From assembly GCA_964016885.1 (NCBI GenBank), contig OZ024741.1, forward strand, positions 55,614,001 to 55,678,000: DNA of 64,000 nt, in the 5' to 3' direction. Positions 26,143 through 40,400 of the stretch are shown here, in pieces. Under the pieces are notes generated by a model. The model did no database searches, had not been told where the DNA came from, and saw only the letters and a list, made by a program, of their open reading frames with translations. The position numbers and the translations under genes were made by a program. How positions within the stretch are numbered: position 1 is the stretch's first letter; each line of letters starts with the position of its first letter. The stretch comes from Eledone cirrhosa. Taxonomy: Eukaryota.

Positions 26143-26590
26143 ACTAGACCTGAAAATGCGCAAGCTCAAAAGAGCCACAGAATGTTATAATAAACCTTCA
26201 AAAGTGTGGGACTAGAGTTGTTGCTCAAAAATATTGTAATCATTATCTATCGTACACTCTGTGGCATCCTTTTATAAAAAAAAAAAAGAGACTCATAACG
26301 AACTCAAGACGACACGATAATTATTTAAGTGAATTTATAATATAGAATTCGGTTTAAGTGCATTTCGTATTAATCATTATAAACATCTAATGAGATATTG
26401 AACATTAGCTTAAATAATTATCGTGTCGTCTTGAGTTCGTTATGAGTCTCTTTTTTATAAAAGGATACCACAGAGTGTACGATAGATAATGATTACAATA
26501 TTTTTTAGCAACAACTCTAGTCCCACACTTTTGAAGGTTTATTATAACATTATGTGGCTCTTTTGAGCTTGCGCATTTTTCAGGTCTAGT
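26143..26590. repeat. Fold-back/MITE-like inverted repeat
   Basis: Arms 26143-26329 and 26409-26590 (~185 bp, few mismatches) with an ~80-bp spacer. The ends are ACTAG..CTAGT. Confidence 0.85.
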
Positions 26591-27036
26591 AAAATGACCT
26601 CTGTGACCGCCATTTAATAGAGAGGTGGAAATGTAAATTGATCTTTCTTCGTTTTGATAAGACTTACATAGATTGATGAATCGATCGATCAGAGTTAGAG
26701 AGAGAGGGGGCTATATAGGTAGAAAGAGGTATATACGTAGTTAGATAAATATTGTATACAATATATATATATTCATATGTATATATATATATTTAATATA
26801 GAAAGGCTTCTACGGGACTAAAACTGTTTCATACGGGAGAAATCATCGGGAAGCTTTGTATTGAGTACCTTACTTACTGTGGTTACCCCCGATTGACCTC
26901 GGGATAAACTTATATATATCAAAAGTATTTATTGAGTTAGAAACTCAAAGTAGTCTCTTACAATTAAATAGCTCAAGGAAAAAGATTTTCATCGCCATGT
27001 AATATAATTCAATATAATAAAGAGAGATAAATACAG

Positions 27037-27935
<899 letters not shown>

Positions 27936-28029
27936 GCGAAAAGTAAACAGATAAACAACGCAAGGAAACTATACAGTAAAATGAATATATCTATTAGTTT
28001 ATTGCTTGATACAGTAGGAAAAGAGTTTT

Positions 28030-28056
28030 AACGTTCCGAACATCAGCCTTCATCAG
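28030..28056 (-). ncRNA. Degenerate PLE-type hammerhead motif
   Basis: The minus strand reads CTGATGA-AGGC-TGAT-GTTC-GGAAC-GTT, followed ~30 nt later by AATAAA. GAAA is mutated and stem I is weak. Confidence 0.45.
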
Positions 28057-28286
28057 AAGATAAAATGAGAAATAAAAGAAGAAATTGAAAAATAGGCAAG
28101 AATGAGAAGAGGAAGAAAATAGAAACGGTGGGGTAAAAAGCACGTGTGTGTTTAGTTAGACAAGAGAGAGAGAAGAAGAGTGAGAGAAAGAGAGGGAAAG
28201 GCAGACATAGATAGATATCTTTCTTTACAGGGGCGTACAAAAATGGGACATTACAAGACGTGACGGCAGGTGTTTTACATAAAATC

Positions 28287-28329
<43 letters not shown>

Positions 28330-28644
28330 TTGCTCCCAATTACTACTGCCTCTCTCTCTTTCTTTCTTCCTCTCTCATACCCCCTTCTCTCTCTCTCTCA
28401 TTCTAAGGTTCAAGTATTATTTCTACGTTCAAGTATTATTTTTAATTTTATGCCCACTGGCTGTTATTTTGTTGCTACTTACACCACTGACACAGTGTTT
28501 AAAACATGTGGCAAACTCACATCGGAAAACTCTGAGTACCTAGGAAGGTTTAAACATTACAGCAGTTTTAAAAATACACTCAATACATGTGTGAAAGTGA
28601 CGCCCGAATGAGTATCCTCTACAACCAACTACCTTACCCTCCAC

Positions 28645-28925
28645 CTCTGGGTGCCGGCCGACAGGATGGAGAATGCATTGCTGACAGCGAGGGATGCGTG
28701 CTGCAACAGCTACTCCACTTCGCGGGGCTCGCACCTGTGGGTGGTCAGCTCTGCTCCGACAGCAATGAGTAGGGATGTGGTCGGGGGAGATAGGCACGAA
28801 CGCCAGAAGTCTCCACTGCTACAGGCTCTACCACAAACTAATCTGCGAACGGCCGATACTTGGACCGTTTGCCCTCTTCAGCCTGGTGAGCGGCAGAGCC
28901 TGGGCTGGTAGCCGAACGCACCAGG
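28645..28925 (-). mobile_element. Second, more decayed CRE-like 3' fragment
   Basis: Alignable by eye to 140-415 (ATGGAGAA..GACAGC..ATGAGTAGGG..CCAGAAGTCTCCACTGC..CTCTTCAGCCTG..GCACCAGG). Confidence 0.75.
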
Positions 28926-28989
28926 TTTCCACTTGAGTAGGTGACACACTTTTGTTATTGTGCTGCTTGCCGAAAGATATGAAGAGACA

Positions 28990-29500
28990 CAATGACAGAC
29001 AAGTCTTCATTAAAAGGTCGAATGAGCAACTCAGATTTTGAATAGATACAACATCGGTTAAGAGAGTTTGACCGTCATCAGATCTGACAGGTGTGATAGA
29101 AGATGATTGTGGACCACAAACGTCTTTTCCAAATGAGAAAAATATTTCGAAATCTCTGCAATCTACTGCTTCCTTCGCCTGCTTAACTTTCTCATGCCTT
29201 CATTGCTCCTTAGAGCTCCTCAGAACATTCTGAACCTTACTGAGTGAATTAGAATTTGGATTGATTGATTGTGAGAGAAGCCTTTGATACAAGGCCTGCT
29301 TCACCTTGAGTAGTTGACGTATAGCAGGATTGTTATCTGTGATTCCGTCATTAGATTTTCTTAGTTTAAAAGCCAGTGACTCGAATGCTGCTTTATAGAC
29401 GTTTGTTTTAAAATAATTCCAAAGTTCATTGAGATTCAGTGTTATGTTTTCCAACGAACTAAGAAAGTTCTGAAGGACACCAGGAAACTTGAAATTGGAT
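28990..29500 (-). mobile_element. RTE-BovB-like LINE internal fragment (EN-RT linker)
   Basis: LWNYFKTNVYKAAFESLAFKLRKSNDG..NNPAIRQLLKVKQ, followed by a decayed A.EA.D..DF..FF..K...GP motif. Confidence 0.6.
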
Positions 29501-30362
29501 ATCTGCTTTTCGACTCTGCACCAGACAGACAGCTTGTTTGGTCAGCCTCGCAATATAGCCACACACACAGACACACACACTCGCTAGCCAGCCCTGCTGG
29601 GATGGACACTAGTTAAGATTGCTATCAATGCAGGTTAGTAAATTTACAACTTTGGAATTCTACATTCGCATACATAACACACTACATCTATGTGCACATC
29701 ATTTTTCCGTTGTTCATTGCTGCATATGGTTTCGAAGTAAATTATGTTACAATAAAAACATTAAAATTTGCGGCGTCTTGTTCATGTGTAAATTATCTTC
29801 CCCATGGTAATAACACTTCACACCACAACAAGCAAGTACAATTACTTGTTTCCTTGAAACAGGGCAAAACGTGACGCCGAGTAGACTAGTAGCACAATTA
29901 GTAGGGGTTGAAACTACCAGTGGTACATCTCGACGGCTGAAGACATTGGAGTTCTGTGTATTCCCTTTATCGTTTTATTTTTTTTTAAATGTTTAATGTT
30001 TTCCCTTCAAAAACATTTTTTCGTTTTACCTTGTTTTCGTTCATTGTCTTCTCTTTGTTAATTTACCTAATTTTATTATGTATATATATGGGATGAATTA
30101 ATATTTAACAGTAACGGCAGATACAAATAGAACTGGACGTTGCGTTAAATATAATTTACCGCATGTGGTCTGGATTGACTGTTTCTCGGAACATAATAAA
30201 TATAAAGGTAATTTGTATTTTATTGGATATATTTACAAAATGCTGTGTTTTTTCTAATGATATATGTCTATATACATATATTTTTTTAATTTAAATTATT
30301 GATGCTCCATTGAGCATTTTTACTGAGAAAATTTCATGTGTGTGTATGTATGAGTATGTGTG

Positions 30363-30394
<32 letters not shown>

Positions 30395-30904
30395 CCTGTG
30401 TACGTGTACATACATATATATATATATTTAAAAACAACAGAATGCCGGACTGGAAACATTCTTTAAACATTTAATGTTAGGAAAACACTATACGTGAACC
30501 TCCTAAGGGAGGCTAATTCGAGAGGCACCACGGCTGTGACCCTGTTATCATCACCCATGCGTGCCTCGGTCGAGAAAAGCGTCAAACAATGAGATACCAT
30601 CTATCCGAGGCTCTTCACTGTATGTCACGAAATCCTCATCAGAGACATCGATGAAATAAGCACCTTACTTGAAAAAAATATACGAGTTTGTGTTGATATG
30701 ATCGACTAAATCAAAATGATTTCCCAGTAAAAGAATAAATGGATAAAAGAATTCTCGACAAAATTTGTGAGAAATACTGAAGAATCATTTAATAATTTTA
30801 AAAAGGTATTTTTTAGACATAGGTTTACTTTTCTTCTTCCTGGAGCGATCAAGTTACTGAGTTTAACAGACTCTGTCTGTTTCTTTTGTCCCATTAAAAC
30901 CTAC

Positions 30905-31082
30905 CCCTAGTAACCGCCATTCTCAGGATCCCCAGCAACCTCCAGGAGCACCCCACGAAAAACAACCATAGTAACGACTACCCCAGAACCACCACGCCCA
31001 GAACCACTACCCCCAGAAACCACTACCCCCATAAACCACCATGTCCAGAATCCACCACATCCAAAAACCACTACCTCCAGAA
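30905..31082 (+). repeat. Degenerate ~20-bp minisatellite (CCAGAA(A)CCACTACCC-like)
   Basis: About eight diverged tandem units immediately before the large satellite. Confidence 0.7.
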
Positions 31083-31112
31083 ACTGTGTTTGTATCTAGT
31101 CAACATCTAGAC

Positions 31113-31423
31113 CAGTGATTCCCAACGTGGGGCACACACCCCACAGGGGAGCAATTTGAATATTCAAGGGGGTCGGGGCGCAATTTTAAAAAGATGTTCA
31201 TGAGAGCGAACTTCAGGTTTTACCTTATTATTTTTACACCAAGGCAACTTTGGAACAAATTACTGTCGGAAACTCTACCTCACCTCCTCCACACATGTTA
31301 TTGTGCATCTGCCATCATTCATTCACCAATATGTTTACACTTTGTAATTGATCATACTTGTTTTTATATCAAAGTTGGGCATAAAAATGTTTGAGATGTT
31401 GAGGTGGGTCATGGGAACCACTA
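31113..31423. mobile_element. hAT (Charlie-like) MITE with an 8-bp TSD
   Basis: TIRs CAGTGATTCCCA / TGGGAACCACTA. The TSD ATCTAGAC at 31105-31112 and 31424-31431 fits the NTCTAGAN preference of hAT-Charlie. Confidence 0.88.
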
Positions 31424-31431
31424 ATCTAGAC

Positions 31432-34400
31432 ACTGTGTCAATCTATCCAGTCAACAACTAAACACTGTGTCAATCTATCCACTCAACATCTACACAGTGC
31501 CTATCTATCCAGTCAACATCTACACAGTGTCTATCTATCCAGTCAACATCTACACACTGTGCCAATCTATCCAGTCAACAACTACACAGTGTCTATCAAT
31601 CCAGTCAACAACTACACACTGTGTCAATCTATCGAGTCAACATCTACACACTGTGTCAATCTATCCAATCAACAAGTACACAGTGTCTATCTATCCAGTC
31701 AACAACTACACAGTGTCTATATATCCAGTCAACAACTACACAGTCTCTATATATCCAGTCAACAGCTACACAGTGTCAATCTATCCTGTTAACAACTACA
31801 CTGTGTCAATCTATCCAGTCAACAACTACACACTGTGTCAAACTATCCAGTCAAAAACTACTAACGGTGTCAATCTATCCAGTCAACAACTACACACTGT
31901 GTCAATCTATCCAGCCAACAACTACACACTGTGTCTATATATCCAGTGAACAATTACAGAGTGTCTATCTATACTGTCAGCAACTACACAGTGTCTATAT
32001 ATCCAGTCAACAACTACACAGTGTCAATCTACCCTGTCAATAACTACACAGTGTCTATCTATCCAGTCAACAACTAAACAGTGTCTATATATCTAGTCAA
32101 CAAATACACACTGTGTCGATATATCCAGTCAAAATCTACGCACTGTGTCAATCTATCCAGTGAACAACTAAACACTGTGTCAATGTATCCAGTCAACAAT
32201 TACACAGTGATATCTATCCAGTCAACAACTACACAGTGTCTATCTATCCAGTCAACAACTAAACACTGTGTCAATCTATCCAGTCAACAATTACACAGTG
32301 TCTATCTATCCAGTTAACAACTACACAGTGTCTATATATCCAGTCAACAACTACAAACTGTGTCAATCTATCCAGTAAAAAACTAAACAATGTGTCAATC
32401 TATCCAGTCAACAACTACACAATGTGTCAATCTATCCAGTCAACATCTACACGCTGTTTCTATCTATCCAGTCAACAACTACACACTGTGTCAATCTATC
32501 CAGTCAACTACTACACAGTGTCTATCTATCCAGTCAACAACTACACACTGTGTCAATCTATCTAGTCAACAACTACACACTGTGTCAATCTATCCAGTGA
32601 ACAACTACACACTGTGTCAATCTATCCAGTCAACATCTACACACTGTGTAAATCTATCCAGTCAACTACTACACAGTGTCTATCTATCCAGTCAACAACT
32701 ACACACTGTGTTAATCTATCCAGTCAACAACTACACAGTGTCTATATATCCAGTCAACAACTACACAGTGTCAATCTATCCTGTCAACAACTACACTGTG
32801 TCTATATATACAGTCAACAACTACACACTGTGTCAATCTATCCAGTCAACAGCTACACACCGTGTCAATCTATCCAGTCAACAACTACACACTGTGTCAA
32901 TCTATCCAGCCAACAAAGCGTCTATATATCCAGTGAACAACTACACAGTGTCTATCTATCCTGTGAACAACTACAGAGTGTCTATATATCCAGTCAAAAA
33001 CTACACAGTGTCAATCTACCCTGTCAACAACTACACAGTGTCTATCTATCCAGACAACAACTAAACAGTGTCTATCTATCCAGTCATCATCTACACAGTG
33101 TCTATATATCTAGTCAACAACTACACACTGTGTCAATCTATCCAGTGATGAACTACAGAGTGTCTATCTATCCAGTCAACATCTACGCACTGTGTCAATC
33201 TATCCAGTCAACAACTACACACTGTGTCAATCTATCCAGTCAACAATTACACAGTGTCTATCTATCCAGTCAACAACTACACAGTGTCTATCTATCCAGT
33301 CAAAAACTACACACTGTGTCAATCTATCCAGTCAACAACTACACAGTGTCTATCTATCCAGTCAACATCTACACACTGTGTCAATCTATCCAGTCAACAA
33401 CTACACAGTGTCTATCTATCCAGTCATCATCTACACAGTGTCTATATATCTAGTCAACAACTACACACTGTGTCAATCTATCCAGTGATGAACTACAGAG
33501 TGTCTATCTATCCAGTCAACAACTACACACTGTGTCAAACTATCCAGTCAACATCTACACACGGTGTGAATCTATCCAGTGAACAGCTACACAGTGTCTA
33601 TCTATCCAGTCAACATCTACACAGTGTCTATCTATCCTGTCAACAACTACACAGTGTCTATCTATCCAGTCAATAACTACACACTGTGTCAATCTATTCA
33701 ATAAACAACTACACAGTGACTATCAATCCAGTCAACAACTACACACTGTGTCAATCTATCCAGTCAACAACTACACAGTGTCTATATATCCAGTCAACAA
33801 CTACACACTGTGCCAATCTATCCAGTCAACATCTACACACTGTGTCAATCTATCCAGTCAACAACTACACAGTGGTGTCTATCTATCCAGTCAACAACTA
33901 CACACTGTGTCAATCTATCCATTCAACAACTACACTCTGTGTCAATCTATCCAGTCAACTACTACACAGTGTCTATCTATCCAGTCAACAACTACACACT
34001 GTGTCAATCTATCCAGTCAACAACTACACACTGTGTCAATCTATCCAGTCAACAACTACACACTATGTCTATCCATCCAGTCAACATCTACATACTGTGT
34101 CAATCTATCAAGTCAACTACTACACAGTGTCTATCTATCCAGTCAACAACTACACACTGTGTCAATCTATCCAGTCAACAACTACACAGTGTCTATATAT
34201 CCAGTCAACAACTACACAGTGTCTATCTATCCAGTCAACAACTACACAGGGTCTATCTATCCAGTCAACATCTACACACTGTGTCAATCTATCCAGTCAA
34301 CTACTACACAGTGTCTATATATCTAGTCAACATCTACACACTATGTCCATCTATCCAGTGAACAACTACACAGTGTCTATCTATCCAGTCAACATCTACA

Positions 34401-37400
34401 CAGTGTCTATCTATCCGGTCATCATCTACACACTGTGTCAATCTAGCCAGTTAACATCTACACACTGTGTCAATCTATCCAGTCAACAACTACACACAGT
34501 GTCTATATATCCAGTCAACAACTACACACTGTTCAAATCTATCCAGTCAAAAACTACTAACTGTGTAAATCTATCCAGTCAACAACTACACACTGTGTCA
34601 ATCTATCCAGCCAACAACTACACAGTGTCTATATATGCAGTGAACAACTACACAGTGTCTATCTATCCTCTCAACAACTACACAGTGTCTATATATCCAG
34701 TCAACAACTACACAGTGTCAATCTATCCCGTCAACAATTACACAGTGTCTATCTATCCAGTCAACAACTACACAGTGTCTATATATCCAGTCAACAACTA
34801 CAAACTGTGTCAATCTATCCAGTCAAAAACTAAACACTGTGTCAATCTATCCAGTCAACAACTACACACTGTGTCAATCTATCCAGTTAACTACTACACA
34901 GTGTCTATCTATCCAGTCAACAACTACACACTGTGTCAATCTATCCAGTCAACATCTACACAGTGTCAATCTATCCAGTCAACAACTACACAGTGGTGTC
35001 TCTCTATCCAGTCAACAACTACACACTGTGTCAATCTATCCATTCAACAACTACACACTGTGTCAATCTATTCAGTCAATAACTACACACTCTGTCAATC
35101 TATCCAGTCAACTACTACACAGTGTCTATCTATCCAGTCAACAACTACACACTGTGTCAATCTATCCAGTCAACAACTACACACTGTGTCAATCTATATA
35201 GTGAACAAATACACACTGTGTCAATCTATCCAGTCAACTACTACACGGTGTCTATCTATCCAGTCAAAAACTACACACTGTGTCAATCTATCCAGTCAAC
35301 AACTACACAGTGGTCTCTATCTATCCAGTCAACAACTACACACTGTGTCAATCTATCCATTCAACAACTACACACTGTGTCAATCTATCCAGTCAACTAC
35401 TACACAGTGTCTATCTATCCAGTCAACAACTACACACTGTGTCAATCTATCCAGTCAACAACTACACACTGTGTCAATCTATCCAGTGAACAACTACACA
35501 CTGTGTCAATCTATCCAGTCAACATCTACACACTGTGTCAATCTATCCAGTCATCTACTACACGGTGTCTATCTATCCAGTCAACAACTACACACTGTGT
35601 CAATCTATCCAGTCAACAACTACACAGTGTCTACCTATCCAGTCAACATCTACACACTGTGTGAATCTATCCAGTCAACAACTACACAGTGTCTATCTAT
35701 CCAGTCATCATCTACACAGTGTCTATATATCTAGTCAACAACTACACACTGTGTCAATCTAGCCAGTGATGAACTACAGTGTGTCTATCTATCCAGTCAA
35801 CAACTACACACTGTGTCAATCTATCCATTCAACATCGACACTGTGTCAATCTATCCGCTGAACAACTTCACAGTGTCTATCTAACCAGTCACCAACTACA
35901 CAGTGTCTATCTATCCAGTCAACATCTAAACACTGTGTCAATGTATCCAGTGAACAACTACACAGTGTCTATATATCCAGTCAACAACTAGACAGTGTTT
36001 ATATATCCAGTCAACATCTACACACTGTGTCAATTTATCGAGTCAAAATCTACACACTGTGTCAATCTATCCAGTCAACAACTACACAGTGTCTATCTAT
36101 CCACTCAACAACTACACACTGTGTCAATCTATCCATTCAACAACTACACAGTGTCTATATATCCACTCAACATCTACACACTGTGTCAATCTATCCAAGC
36201 AACAACTACACAGTTTCTATCTATCCAGTCAACAACTTCACAATGTGTCAATCTATACAGTCAACAACCACACAGTGTCTATATATCCAGTCAACAACTA
36301 CACACTGTGTCAATCTATCCTGTCAACATCTACACACTGTGTCAGTCTATCCAGCGAACAACTACACAGTGTCTATCTATCCAGTCAACAACTACATAGT
36401 GTCTATCTATACAGTCAACATCTACCCACTGTGTCAATCTATCCAGTGAACAATTACACAGTGTCTATATATCCAGTCAACAACTACACAGTGTCTATAT
36501 ATCCAGTGAACAACGACACGGTGTCTATCTATCCAGTCAACATCTACACAGTGTCTATCTATCCAGTCATCATCTACACACTATGTCAATCTATCCAGTC
36601 AACATCTACACACTGTGTCAATCTATCCAGTGAACAACTACACAGTGTCTATATATCCAGTTAACACCTACACACTGTGTCAATCTATCATGTCAACATC
36701 TACACACTGTGTCAATCTATCCAGTGCACAACTACACAGTGTCTATATATCCAGTCAACAACTACACACTGTGTCAACCTGTCCCGTCATCATCTACACA
36801 CTGTGTCAATCTATCCAGTGAACAACTACACAGTGTCTATATATCCAGTCAACAACTACACACTGTGTCAATCTATCCAGTCAATATCTGCACACAGTGT
36901 CAATCTATCCAGTGAATAACTACACAGTGTCTATCTATCCAGCCAACAACTACACAGTGTCTATCTATCCAGTCAACAACTACACAGTGTCTATATATCC
37001 AGTCAACATCTACACACTGTGTCAATCTATCCAAGCAACAACTACACAGTTTTTATCTATCCAGTCAACAACTACACACTGTGTCAATCTATACAGTAAA
37101 CAACCACACAGTGTCTATATATCCAGTCAACAACTACACACTGTGTCAATCTATCCAGTCAACATCTACATACTGTGTCAGTCTATCCAGCGAACAACTA
37201 CACAGTGTCTATCTATCCAGTCAACAACTGCATAGTGTCTATCTATCCAGTCAACATCTACCCACTGTGTCAATCTATCCAGTCATCAACTACACAGTGT
37301 CTATCTATGCTGTCAAAAACTACACAGTCTATATATTCAGTCAACAACTACACAGTGTCTATCTATCCATTCAACATCTACACGGTGTCTATCTATCCAG

Positions 37401-40400
37401 TCATCATCTACACTCTATGTCAATCTATCCAGTCAACATCTACCCACTGTGTCAATCTATCCAGTGAACAACTACACGTTGTCTATATATCCAGTTCACA
37501 CCTAAACACTGTGTCAATCTATCAAGTCAACATCTACACAGTGTCAATCTATCCAGTGAACAACTACACAGTGTCTATATATCCAGTCAACAACTACACA
37601 GTATCTATCTATCCAGTCAACTTCTACACACTGTATTAATCTTTCCAGTCCACAACTACACAGTGTCTATCTATCCAGTCAACAATTACACACTGTGTCA
37701 ATCTATCCAGCCAACAAATACACTGTGTCTATATATCCAATCAACAACTACACATTGTCGATATATCCAGTCAACATCTACACACTGTATCACTCTATCC
37801 AGTCAACAACTACACACTGTCTCAATCTATCCAGTCAACAACTACACACTGTGTCAATATATCCAGTCAAAAACTACAGAGTGTCTATCTATCTAGTCAA
37901 CAACTACACAGTGTCAATCTGTCCAGTCAACAACTGCACAGTGTCTATCTATCCCGTCAACAACTAAACAGTTTCAATCTATCCAGTCAACAACTATACA
38001 GTGTCTATATATCCAGTCAACATCTACACACTGTGTTAATCTATCCAGCCAAAAACTACACAGTGTCTATCTATCCAGTTAACAACTACACACTGTGTCA
38101 ATCTATCCAGTCAACAACTACACAGTGTCTATCTATCCAGTCAACAACTACACACTGTGTCAATCTATCCAGTCAACAACTACACGCTGTGTCAATCTAT
38201 CCAGTCATCAACTACACAGTGTCTATCTATGCAGTCAACAACTACACAGTGTCTATATATCCAGTGAACAACGACACAGTGTCTATCTATCCCGTCATCA
38301 TCTACACACTATGTCAATCTATCCAGTCAACATCTACACACTGTGTCAATCTATCCAGTGAACAACTACACAGTGTCTATCTATGCAGTCAAAAACTACA
38401 CAGTGTCTATATGTCCAGTGAACAACTACACAGTGTCTATATATCCAGTCAACAACTACACAGTATCTATCTACCCAGTCAACATCTACACACTGTGTCA
38501 ATCTATCCAGTGAACAACTACACAGTGTCTATATATCCAGTTAACACCTACACACTGTGTCAATCTATCCAGTCAACATCTACACACTGTGTCAATCTAT
38601 CCAGTGCACAACTACACAGTGTCTATATATCCAGTCAACAACTACACACTGTGTCAATCTATCCCGTCATCATCTACACACTGAGTCAATCTATCCAGTG
38701 AACAACTACACAGTGTCTATATATCCAGTCAACAACTACACACTGTGTCAATCTATCCAGTCAATATCTGCACACAGTGTCAATCTATCCAGTGAACAAC
38801 TACACAGTGTCTATCTATCCAGCCAAAAACTACACAGTGTCTATCTATCCAGTCAACAACTACACAGTGTCTATATATCCAGTCAACATCTACACACTGT
38901 GTCAATCTATCCAAGCAACAACTACACAGTTTCTATCTATCCAGTCAACAACTACACACTGTGTCAATCTATACAGTCAACAACCACACAGTGTCTATAT
39001 ATCCAGTCAACAACTACACACTGTGTCAATCTATCCAGTCAACATCTACACACTGTGTCAGTCTATCCAGCGAACAACTAAACAGTGTCTATCTATCCAG
39101 TCAAGAACTGCATAGTGTCTATCTATCCAGTCAACATCTACCCACTGTGTCAATCTATCCAGTCATCAACTACACAGTGTCTATCTATGCTGTCAAAAAC
39201 TACACAGTCTATATATCCAGTCAACAACTACACAGTGTCAATCTATCCCGTCAACAATTACACAGTGTCTATCTATCCAGTCAACAACTACACAGTGTCT
39301 ATATATCCAGTCAACAACTACAAACTGTGTCAATCTATCCAGTCAAAAACTAAACACTGTGTCAATCTATCCAGTCAACAACTACACACTGTGTCAATCT
39401 ATCCAGTTAACTACTACACAGTGTCTATCTATCCAGTCAACAACTACACACTGTGTCAATCTATCCAGTCAACATCTACACAGTGTCAATCTATCCAGTC
39501 AACAACTACACAGTGGTGTCTCTCTATCCAGTCAACAACTACACACTGTGTCAATCTATCCATTCAACAACTACACACTGTGTCAATCTATCCAGTCAAT
39601 AACTACACACTCTGTCAATCTAACCAGTCAACTACTACACAGTGTCTATCTATCCAGTCAACAACTACACACTGTGTCAATCTATCCAGTCAACAACTAC
39701 ACACTGTGTCAATCTATACAGTGAACAAATACACACTGTGTCAATCTATCCAGTCAACTACTACACGGTGTCTATCTATCCAGTCAAAAACTACACACTG
39801 TGTCAATCTATCCAGTCAACAACTACACAGTGGTCTCTATCTATCCAGTCAACAACTACACACTGTGTCAATCTATCCATTCAACAACTACACACTGTGT
39901 CAATCTATCCAGTCAACTACTACACAGTGTCTATCTATCCAGTCAACAACTACACACTGTGTCAATCTATCCAGTCAACAACTACACACTGTGTCAATCT
40001 ATCCAGTGAACAACTACACACTGTGTCAATCTATCCAGTCAACATCTACACACTGTGTCAATCTATCCAGTCATCTACTACACGGTGTCTATCTATCCAG
40101 TCAACAACTACACACTGTGTCAATCTATCCAGTCAACAACTACACAGTGTCTACCTATCCAGTCAACATCTACACACTGTGTGAATCTATCCAGTCAACA
40201 ACTACACAGTGTCTATCTATCCAGTCATCATCTACACAGTGTCTATATATCTAGTCAACAACTACACACTGTGTCAATCTAGCCAGTGATGAACTACAGT
40301 GTGTCTATCTATCCAGTCAACAACTACACACTGTGTCAATCTATCCATTCAACATCGACACTGTGTCAATCTATCCGCTGAACAACTTCACAGTGTCTAT

